Shown: positions 22,611 through 32,075 of the stretch, in pieces
Layout: the number at the start of each line of letters is the position of its first letter
Numbering within the stretch: the first letter of the stretch is position 1
Source of the DNA: Octopus bimaculoides
Lineage: Eukaryota
NCBI RefSeq assembly: GCF_001194135.2
Contig: NC_068986.1
Span: 53,149,148-53,181,222, forward strand
Direction: 5' to 3'
DNA: 32,075 bases
Notes under the pieces: model-generated
What the model was told of the DNA's origin: nothing
The model's input: the letters and a program-made list of their open reading frames with translations, nothing else
Database searches by the model: none
Translations under genes and position numbers: made by a program

Positions 22611-23458
22611 TTTGTATATTTTGTATATTTTGTATAGATGAGAATCCAATTGTCTGTACATCATTGTTGTTGTTGCTGCTGCTCTTATTGTTGTTGTTGT
22701 TGTTGTTGTTGTTGTTTCTTCTACTGTGCACCTGAGGTACCTCTGAATGCTACAGCTTCTGTTGCCACTTCAGTTACAGCTTCAACTCTAGATACAAACT
22801 GCAACTGTGCTGCGACTTGTACCGTTGCAACTGTTATCGTAGCTATTGTTATTGTTCAGATATTAACATCAGTTGTCGTTGTCGTTGTTACTATAGCGAC
22901 AATACAATTCCTACCGTCTCCTCAGGATGGCATAATCGTTATTGGTGGTTGGCTATTGTTAGTTTTAATATATCACCATGAACTGTTCTTGTTTGCATAT
23001 ATTGTTTCTTTACTCCCCTTTTTCTCTCTTTCTTTTCCTTTTTTCTTCACAGTTGTTTACCTCCAAGTCATCTCCTCCTACGAAGCCGACCTATAATCTA
23101 AGACATATCGATTGTAACCATTTATTCTCTTTATTCAGACAATGCATCTATGATTACATTATTCAGTGCCAGCCTCCTTTATTTAAGACAGCGAAGTGTA
23201 AAATTAAAGCAGGTTTCGTTGTTATTTTTAGCCGCTCAATCAACCACATAGAGGTCCCTTCATTCATTTAATTATATTCTTTAGCCTTTAGATCATCCCT
23301 AGTCAATCAGTGAAGTTTGTCAACCAAGTACATGTCAGGGTTTCAGCCTTGCCCTTCCTTTCTTTAGGTGGTAGGGTGTTATATGAACGAGATCTAGTAA
23401 CTATTTCTAGCAAATCAAAGAACCAATTAGTAACCCCGCTTTTTTGGTTGGTTTATGG

Positions 23459-23508
<50 letters not shown>

Positions 23509-23540
23509 GGTGGTGGTGGTGGTGGTGGTGGTGGTGGTGG
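23459..23540. repeat. (GTT)n-(GGT)n microsatellite
   Basis: Read directly. Confidence 0.95.
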
Positions 23541-23863
23541 TATATGATACTGTAGCTACTGGTACAACTGTTGTTGCTGAAGTTGGTCTTTTATCACAGA
23601 TATCTTTAGTGTTTATATATTGGTTTNNNNNNNNNNNNNNNNNNNNNNNNNNNNNNNNNNNNNNNNNNNNNNNNNNNNNNNNNNNNNNNNNNNNNNNNNN
23701 NNNNNNNNNNNNNNNNNNNNNNNNNNNNNNNNNNNNNNNNNNNNNNNNNNNNNNNNNNNNNNNNNNNNNNNNNNNNNNNNNNNNNNNNNNNNNNNNNNNN
23801 NNNNNNNNNNNNNNNNNNNNNNNNNNNNNNNNNNNNNNNNNNNNNNNNNNNNNNNNNNNNNNN

Positions 23864-24063
23864 GATATGCTTAGCGGTATTTCGTCTGCCGTTACGTTCT
23901 GAGTTCAAATTCCGCCGAGGTCGACTTTGCCTTTCATCCTTTCGGGGTCGATAAATTAAGTACCAGTTACGCACTGGGGTCGATGTAATCGAATTAATCC
24001 CTTTGTCTGTCCTTGTTTGTCCCCTCTATGTTTAGCCCCTTGTGGGCAATAAAGAAATAAGAA
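23864..24063 (+). mobile_element. Young SINE family A variant (5' end lost in the gap)
   Basis: Nearly identical to the reverse complement of 8583-8768, including the tail CCCTCTATGTTTAGCCCCTTGTGGGCAATAAAGAAAT. Confidence 0.9.
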
Positions 24064-24484
24064 ACGTTAGATTGTCGGAAGAAATACACTCCGTTATCTA
24101 CGTCCTGAGTTCAAAACCCGGTGAAATCAGTCTTATCTTTTCGTTCGTCCAGGGTCAACGAAACAAAATATATTCAGTGATGGAGAATTAACTGATTAAT
24201 CAGAGCTATTAGCAAAATGTTTTGCTGTATTTGTTCCGGTTCTTTACAAAGACTTCCGACAAAAGTGTGGTAAAACTTGGTCTAACATAAGTGACTCAAT
24301 GCCCGAGAGTTTCGTGCATCACTCATAGGAAACAAAGTTTAGGAAGTCCAGCGCACGAACTCTCCGTCCTTAAGCCACACAGTTTCTTCATATATGAGAC
24401 CCCAGTGCATGTCACCTCATGTGACTGAGCTCTGCAGAACTCACGTTTTATTGTTGTTGCTGCTGTTTCTACTCAGCTGTAACA

Positions 24485-24720
24485 GTTCTTTAGCCCAGAG
24501 TCAGTCTCGCTTAAAGAGATCCATAATCAATCAAAAGCATTCAAGTTACGACTATCCCATCTTTATTTTTTATTCTTTTCTTTTTCTTGTAAAGTATCAT
24601 GCAAACTAAAATAGCCGTGTCCTTCCATTTTTAAGACGGCATGAATATGAATTGAGGGACATATAGCTGCTATTTTTACCACATCGATCGAGCACATAGA
24701 GATACCCTCCTTCGTTGACT
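24485..24720. repeat. Old interspersed repeat (family D); diverged copies also at about 14690-14790, 15640-15920 and 23130-23420
   Basis: Shared motifs TTTAGCCC(C)AG..., ATCAAA(A/G)GCATTC, TTTAAGACGG, GCT(G/A)CTATTT(C/T)T and CACATAGAG. Confidence 0.5.
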
Positions 24721-25066
24721 CGTGTGCTTATATGTTTAAAATCAATATGCAGGATAAGTGGATATGTGTGTAAATGGAGGTATCGTTATATGCATGTGTA
24801 TATTCATACGTGCATACGTGTGTATTTACATGTGTATGCTTTCATGTAAATGGGTAAATGTATATGGATGTACATGTATGTGTGTATACGTTCATACGAC
24901 TTCGTGTGTGTATGTGTGGGTAGGCGTTCGTATGTGTGTGTGTGTGGGTAAGTGTATATACTACCCTACATATATCTGTAATCAACGTTCCTCTATGTCA
25001 TAGAAATAAAATTGAAAAGTCTTGTAACATTTTGTTTATGTTACGCTTGTGCGAAATAAAGAAAGC

Positions 25067-25123
<57 letters not shown>

Positions 25124-25172
25124 CAGCAGCAGCAGCAGCAATTGCTGCTACTGCATCATCATCATCATTGTT

Positions 25173-25385
25173 AAGGCAGCGAGCTGGCAAGATCGTTACG
25201 GCACAGACAAAATGCTTAGCAGTATTTCCCCCACCTCTTTACGTTCTAAGTTCAAATTCCGCAGAGGTCAACTTTGCCTTTCAGGGTCGATAAAATGGTA
25301 ACAGTTATGTACTGGGGTCGATGTAATCACCTAACTCCACCCTCCAAAATTTCAGGAACCCCTTGTGCCAACAGTAGAAAGGATT
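25173..25385 (+). mobile_element. SINE family A whose tail expands into a (CAT)n-derived array reaching about 25850
   Basis: Head AAGGCAGCGAGCTGGCAAGATCG, B-box AAGTTCAAATTCC, tail TTGTGCCAACAGTAGAAAGGATTATTATCATCATC. Confidence 0.85.
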
Positions 25386-25801
25386 ATTATCATCATCATC
25401 ATCTTTACCATCCTCATCATCATCATCATTATCATCATCATCATCGTCGTCGTCTTCATCATCGTCATCCTCATTATCATCATCATTATCGTCAACATCA
25501 TCATCATCGTTATCACNNNNNNNNNNGTGCCAACAGTAGAAAGGATTATTATCATCATCATCATCTTTACCATCCTCATCATCATCATCATTATCATCAT
25601 CATCATCGTCGTCGTCTTCATCATCGTCATCCTCATTATCATCATCATTATCGTCAACATCATCATCATCGTTATCACTATCTTCCTCATTGTCCTCATC
25701 TTCATCACGACCATCGTCCTCTCCGTCATCACCACTGCCACCAACACCATACTCATCGTCGTCGTCGTTGTTGTTGTCATCACACCACCACCACCATTAC
25801 T

Positions 25802-25844
<43 letters not shown>

Positions 25845-26018
25845 CCTACTGTAATAGCAACCGTTGTTGTTTTGTGCTAACTTGGACTACAACTCAAGTT
25901 ATTCCACTCCAGAAATGGCTACTTTTGTTACTGTGGGAACAGAAACAGTAAGGAATTGTGTGACCATACAATGTGCTGCTATTGTTCTAAGGAATGGTGA
26001 CCAGTAGTAGTAGTAGTG

Positions 26019-26079
<61 letters not shown>

Positions 26080-26209
26080 AAGAAGAAGAAGAAGAAACAA
26101 GAGCAGTAGAGCAAGTATAACAAGTTCAGGTAACTATTTCTACCAGTTTTATATATATATATATTAATAGACAGCGAGACAGACAGGCAGGCAGACAGAC
26201 GGACAGACA

Positions 26210-27100
26210 CATCATCATCATCTTACACCTACTTTGTCATGCTTGCATAGATTGGATAGGTCTTCGACGTCACAGTATCTCGCCATGTGCCGCGTTCCTT
26301 TAAGAGGTTCAAGATCCTGAGGTCAACTTTCACTTCTACCCATGTCTTCTTTCGTGTTTTCTCTTTTAATATTTCGTCCAGCTTGGACCTCCTAAGACTT
26401 CTTCACCCATCTATTGTCTTCTATGCAAATTAAAACAAGCCAGTACCAACGCAGTTGTCTCTCTTTCACACTGCAATTGATTTCTTTTATACGCCGTTTT
26501 TCTGTCAGCTCATCTACATTCATCTACATTACGTCACAAATGTACATAAACATTACATTTGCAGCGGTGTGTGTATGCTTTATTTTTTTCAATATCCACA
26601 CATCTTCTACATCTAATGCACTCCTCCCACCACCATGCAGCATTACACTCGTACACCAGTAACGTACAATCTACCCCTCGCTCACAGAGAGAACCCCCTT
26701 ATTGCCACAAGAAATAATATTTCCTTGAACTTTTTTCCACCCTGTTTTATTCTAGCTGATATGCTTTCAGAACGCCCTCCTCTACGGTTGATTAGGTCCC
26801 TAGGTAACAGAAGCTGTCAACAACTTATATGGAGCCATCTGCATGTTGAAAAAACTTATTTTACAAGTGGTCTGACTGCTAACTCCTCCCTGTACATCTG
26901 CAACACACAAAATTTTTATTTACTGTCAATCGAGCTGTGATCCCAATCCACCTTTTTGTTATGTGCCCACAGTACACTGAATAGAATTCCTACGCACTCC
27001 TTTCCTGCATGTTGATCACATCTATTGCCCTGATGACAAAATAGTTCTGTCTTCTTTCTTAAATTAAAACTTCACCAAATTTAGTCTGGAGGCCTCTCGA
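26210..27100 (-). mobile_element. RTE-clade LINE 3' portion, decayed, with a (GAT)n tail
   Basis: Minus-strand fragments: CRKGVRRNSIQCT, GITARLTVNKNFVCCRCTG, VVDSFCYLG, GGRSESISARIKQG, KKFKEIL, RGRLY, VMLHG, LRWY, EDNRWVKK. A 3' UTR follows, ending in GATGATGATG at 26222-26210. There are many stops and frameshifts. Confidence 0.88.
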
Positions 27101-27769
27101 GACGGGAAGGTGATCAAGTGATAAACCGAACTACTGAAACCCCTGTATTAGCTGGTCATTTCATTTGTGTCAAAGCCTAGATCTCTCCTCATTTATTGAA
27201 CAGTCTCCATATTAGATATTTCAGATTAGCCATTATGATACTGCCGAACATGATCCTTGAATTTACCAGCCATGATATTTATGCTTTTGTTGTTTGCTGT
27301 CGAAGTGGTTTGCAAGAGGACTTCATAAGATCAATCTTTTTGTCCATCAGACAGTGTTGATTGTAGTGAGTAAGCAGAAATATCAGTTGCTATTGCTTAA
27401 CCAACAACTAGTCTATGCTTAATAATTCTATCGCATATTCTGGCTACTTCGGCTGTATTATTTATAGATTTCCACCTCTTATATGATGAGTCTTCCTTAA
27501 CCATCGTCGTTACCTACCTAGAAGAATTATTACGTGCGTTCTTCATGTGTAAGGAGTCCAGCTGGTGTTTTTCTCTATCTCATCTCTAGCACACAGCACA
27601 CATCTACTCGCATCCATTCTAACATCTCTATAATTTAACTATATGATCATTTATAGTTGCGGCCCTGAAATTCATATGGTGGATGCTTTGATACTTGAGA
27701 TCTGTTCTCTGCACGTGAAAGGATACGGTCGAAGACTTCTTTCACATAATCGGCTTTTATTAAGAATTA

Positions 27770-27901
27770 TGTGGTAAGAAGCTTGCATCACAACCATATG
27801 GTTCTGGATTCAGTCTCGTTGCGTGGCACCTTGAGTAAGTATCTTATACTAAATCCTCGGGCTTATCAAAGCCTTGTGAGTAGACGGAAACTGAAAGAAG
27901 C

Positions 27902-27907
<6 letters not shown>
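27770..27907 (+). mobile_element. tRNA-like SINE head (family C) followed by its (TA)n(TG)n microsatellite
   Basis: TGTGGTAAGAAGCTTGCATCACAACC...GGATTCAGTC...GTGGCACCTTGAGTAAG...AAAGCCTTGTGAG...GGAAACTGAAAGAAGCCC. The microsatellite runs into the gap at 27961-28563. Confidence 0.85.
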
Positions 27908-27960
<53 letters not shown>

Positions 27961-28563
27961 NNNNNNNNNNNNNNNNNNNNNNNNNNNNNNNNNNNNNNNN
28001 NNNNNNNNNNNNNNNNNNNNNNNNNNNNNNNNNNNNNNNNNNNNNNNNNNNNNNNNNNNNNNNNNNNNNNNNNNNNNNNNNNNNNNNNNNNNNNNNNNNN
28101 NNNNNNNNNNNNNNNNNNNNNNNNNNNNNNNNNNNNNNNNNNNNNNNNNNNNNNNNNNNNNNNNNNNNNNNNNNNNNNNNNNNNNNNNNNNNNNNNNNNN
28201 NNNNNNNNNNNNNNNNNNNNNNNNNNNNNNNNNNNNNNNNNNNNNNNNNNNNNNNNNNNNNNNNNNNNNNNNNNNNNNNNNNNNNNNNNNNNNNNNNNNN
28301 NNNNNNNNNNNNNNNNNNNNNNNNNNNNNNNNNNNNNNNNNNNNNNNNNNNNNNNNNNNNNNNNNNNNNNNNNNNNNNNNNNNNNNNNNNNNNNNNNNNN
28401 NNNNNNNNNNNNNNNNNNNNNNNNNNNNNNNNNNNNNNNNNNNNNNNNNNNNNNNNNNNNNNNNNNNNNNNNNNNNNNNNNNNNNNNNNNNNNNNNNNNN
28501 NNNNNNNNNNNNNNNNNNNNNNNNNNNNNNNNNNNNNNNNNNNNNNNNNNNNNNNNNNNNNNN

Positions 28564-28598
<35 letters not shown>

Positions 28599-29059
28599 GA
28601 TAATATTTGCATTCACAGCAGCACAGTAACAACAGCAGCACAGCAACACCAGCAGCAGAAAAAGTACTATCACCAGTAACAATCCTGCCACTAGTAGCAG
28701 CAGCAGCAAGAGCTAGAAAATCAACATCCTTGAATGCATTCATGCATGTATTTCTTAATGATTCAATGAATAAGGACGGCAAATAGTCTATCAATAATAA
28801 TAGAGATATTTCAAAATGATTTAAATGAAGACTGAGTTGGTGTTTCCCATTTCACTTCAGCAAACAGGTCCTAAAATCACTACTTTTTGTGGACTTAAAC
28901 CGCAGTTTATTGTGTTGGGGCGTCGATTATAAACAATAGACTCGTTGAAAGGAATTGGAAATCGAAGAGGGAAAAACCAACGTTTCATTGTAGGTAAGGT
29001 TTAAAAATATGAATGACATATATTATTTGAGTATGTGCGAGTTGTGAGTGGGTGTGTAT

Positions 29060-29071
29060 ACGCATTTTATC

Positions 29072-29103
<32 letters not shown>

Positions 29104-29207
29104 TGTATGTATGTATGTATGTATGTGTGTGTGTTCGTGTATACATGGTTACATATTTATACATATGTATGTACTCGTTTTAGCCCTAAGGCTATATAAA
29201 CATATAC

Positions 29208-29245
<38 letters not shown>

Positions 29246-29395
29246 GTATGTGTGTGTATGTATGCATGTATATATATATATGTGTGTGTGTGTGCATGCA
29301 TGTATATATATATATCAAAAGTGTAAATTTATGCATATACATGCGTGTGTGTATGTGTATGTATATGTATGTATATGTATAAATCACACACATAG
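29060..29395. repeat. Compound (TATG)n/(TA)n/(TG)n microsatellite
   Basis: Read directly. Confidence 0.95.
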
Positions 29396-30767
29396 AGAGT
29401 AGGAGGAAGAAATTGGGTAAACAGAAATAGCTGGTGTGAGAGAAACAGTGTTTCAATAGAGTAAATGGATCCACGCTACGCAATGTCAACATAAACAGGA
29501 AACTATAATGGAAAACTAGTTGGCGAGAAAATAAGAATGAAAAATAATAAGAGATAGTACATCACGCAAGAAGGGACTTGCGAATTGGACTAAAACTGCA
29601 TTTGTAGTAATGTTTGTGAGGTGTTATTGATCTGTGAAGAAATAATCATAAAGACCTAAAGAACTAAAGTAATGAATTACGAGATTATAGAATTTTACAC
29701 TAAAAGGAAGTGAAACAATCGATCATGTGAAAACAAGGTATAATAAATGAAAAAAAATGGAGGGAAGAAAAATGGCGGCTAGCCATTGGAAAACAGCCAA
29801 AAATATTAGTGATTACAATTGCTACGCATGACAGGGTGTGGGTATTGAAAAGGAAAGAACAAGAATCATAATAATGGCATTAAAATGATATCACTACCGT
29901 CCGAGAATAAATAACAAGTTTGCTTAGACAAGGATGAAAAACTGTTCTGTGTGTTAAGGTAGTGTTTGTGGTTCCTTGCTTTGAGTCCATCTGCTTGCTT
30001 GTTCTTACAAGAAAACAATTCAGTAAAGGAACTGCATATAATTCATATGTAAGAGTTACTTCCCCTCTTTTCGCATTTGTATATAAGGAAATGTTATATG
30101 ATAAATTCTGCAATCCTTCAAATATTTTAGTTACTCTGTATTGTTTAAATTACTGTAACTGCTCTTCTAAATGATTAGATAGTCATCTATGTATCATACT
30201 TAAGATATAGACACAGTTTATAGGCCAGTTATTGCGGTATTTCTCCTGATATAACACTTCTTATGGACGCGCTATGTTAAAAGCACAATTGATACCGGTA
30301 GACGAAAATTCGTCCCAGCACCAGCCAGCGAGAACGCCAAATGCATTTCGATCCTTTAGGACTTTTTCAATGGCACGTACTTGCAGCCATCCACATGCTC
30401 GGACGAGAATTCGTCGCCTCCGATACAGGAAACAATGAATGCGACAGTCAGTGGTATTGTGAAAATCCGCCCGGTTAAATAACACAGAACCGAACTACAC
30501 ACAGTGAAAAATAATATACACAGTGAAAATATATATAAAAGAAAGATTCTGAAGAAAAAATGTCTGATAAAACTGGAACTCTAACACAGAACTGAACAAC
30601 ACACAGTAAAAAATAATAATAAATCCGTGCGAAGGATTTGAGTCAGGGCGCTATATGTTAATAGTGCTAAGGGTAAACAATGTAGACTGGTACTACCTGC
30701 GGCATTTTGGAAAATAAAATATAGTTCTGTGTGGAACAAAAAATAATAATAAATCCGTGGAACAAGA

Positions 30768-30823
<56 letters not shown>

Positions 30824-31148
30824 GCCCGTGAAGGATTTTAGTCAGGTTGCTATGTGTTAGTAGCGCTAACGGTAATAATGTAGAAAGGTACTATCTGCGG
30901 CATTTTGAAAAAATATATATGGTTCTGTGTGGAACAAAAAAAATAATAATAAGTCTGTGCGAAGGATTTAAGACAGGTCGCTATATGTTAGTAGACTGGT
31001 ACTACCTGCGGCATTTAAAAAAAAATATATACGGTTCTGTGTGGAACAAGAAAAAAATACAGTTCTATATTTAAGAGATGAGGAATTATGTACATTATTT
31101 ACATTACTTATATTTGACGGATATTTGTCCTCATCTTGTTTGTTGTTA

Positions 31149-31192
31149 ACACAACGTTTCGGCTGATATACCCTCCATCCTTCATCAAGTGT
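31149..31192 (-). ncRNA. Hammerhead-ribozyme-like motif, one core substitution
   Basis: Minus strand: ACAC-TTGATGA-A-GGATG(GAGGGTATAT)CAGCC-GAAA-CGTT-GTGT. Stem I is ACAC/GTGT; C3 is replaced by U and stem II has one mismatch. Confidence 0.6.
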
Positions 31193-31240
31193 CTTGGGGA
31201 AATTTCGAACCTGGGTTCTCATTCCTAAGGTATTTTTCGA

Positions 31241-31285
<45 letters not shown>

Positions 31286-31372
31286 CCATGTCACTGCCTG
31301 GAATAGAACTCGGAATCTTGGGGTTAGAAAAATACCTTAGGAATGAGAACCCAGGTTCGAAATTTCCCTAAG

Positions 31373-31416
31373 ACATCATATGAAGGCTGGAGGGTATATC
31401 AGCCGAAACGTTTTGT
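31373..31416 (+). ncRNA. Hammerhead-like motif, more decayed copy
   Basis: ACAT-CATATGA-A-GGCTG(GAGGGTATAT)CAGCC-GAAA-CGTT-TTGT. Stem II is intact (GGCTG/CAGCC) but the core is damaged. Confidence 0.45.
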
Positions 31417-32075
31417 TAACAACGAACAAGATGAGGACAAATATCCATCAAATGTAAATAATGTAAATAATGTAAAAAAAATAATAATAAGTCTGTGCGA
31501 ATGATTTAAGACAGGTCGCTATATGTTAATAGCGCTACCTGTAAACAATGTAGATTGGTACTACCTGCAGCATTTTGAGAAATATATATACAATTCTGTG
31601 TGGAACAAGAAACAATCTAAATAAGAAGAGAAAGGTAATTCTGGTTAGAAGAGAAAGAAATGGAAAATATATATATATATAATGTTGTGTTGAAAGAAGA
31701 GAAAAAATCTCAAAGGGGAGGTGTTGTGGCGGACGCCCCCAGGTGAGAAGTGAGCTGGTCCATTACTAATAAATAGTGGACAGACTCGGTAAGTAGTGTA
31801 CGGGTCAGTCACGCAGACGACGAAATATGTCGTCATAATGCGCGACATATCAAAATGTTTATTGTCGATCAGGTCAACCCTAGTATACATTTCAGTTTCT
31901 TACTTATTCTTTATCATCTCTATTTATGAAAGTGCTAAGTTACGGTACATAAAGGGATATAACATAAACACATGCACCACATATACACATACATACATAC
32001 AGTTCAAATTTATAGAAAACAAAAGACGAAGACAGGTAAGGGAACAACAAACAGGTGTATTAGTTTGACGCTCTG

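Larger units (their letters stand above)
31058..31473. mobile_element. Head-to-head inverted pair of a small retroelement (tRNA-like head, (AAT)n, hammerhead-like domain)
   Basis: The arms 31092-31238 and 31327-31473 are reverse complements (about 11 mismatches in about 147 bp). The loop contains (TTA)n and a minus-strand B-box-like GAGTTCTATTCC. The pair is inserted in the A-run between tandem units 3 and 4. Confidence 0.85.
30612..31612. repeat. About 130-bp tandem repeat, four diverged units, interrupted by (AAT)n and a 416-bp insertion
   Basis: Units start at about 30621, 30822, 30951 and 31489. Shared sequence: (C/T)GTGCGAAGGATTT..CAGG.CGCTATATGTTA..AG.GCTA...CAATGTAGA.TGGTACTACCTGCGGCATTTT...TTCTGTGTGGAACAA. 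Confidence 0.9.

Noticed and set aside
24305-24364. Small hairpin GAGAGTTTCGTGC/GCACGAACTCTC (similar short inverted repeats at 8419-8470 and 28836-28981)
   Set aside because: The stems are 9-18 bp and imperfect, with no TSD or second copy, so they are compatible with chance.
25365-25678. Exact 152-bp tandem duplication (25365-25516 and 25527-25678) encoding His-rich ORFs
   Set aside because: Identical copies flank a 10-N gap, the signature of a scaffolding overlap artefact. The poly-His comes from (CAT)n repeats.
30612-31612. CRISPR-like or coding interpretation of the tandem array
   Set aside because: Whole units are repeated with no unique spacers, the context is eukaryotic, and there are no cas genes or sustained ORF.

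Overview
AT-rich eukaryotic DNA with seven assembly gaps. It is most likely from a cephalopod (Octopus-like); this is inferred from the SINE and microsatellite landscape, not from a database match. I can support no intact protein-coding gene. The window is a mosaic of microsatellites, about 20 tRNA-headed SINE copies or remnants (at least three families, some with clear target-site duplications), and decayed autonomous elements. The decayed elements are a Penelope-like RT fragment (3.4-4.1 kb, minus), a near full-length pogo/Passer (POGK-like) DNA transposon with TIRs and TA TSD (18759-20635), an RTE LINE 3' end with a PHD-like zinc finger (26.2-27.1 kb, minus) and two weaker LINE remnants. 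Five observations stand out. (1) A tRNA-headed, microsatellite-containing element carries a hammerhead-ribozyme-like motif and is present as a head-to-head inverted pair inside a ~130-bp tandem array (31.06-31.47 kb). (2) Further hammerhead-like motifs occur at 7.7 and 8.0 kb. (3) A nested fold-back hairpin lies at 10.9-11.3 kb. (4) A cluster of p53-family half-sites lies at 9.56-9.93 kb. (5) SINE orientation switches sharply near 12 kb.
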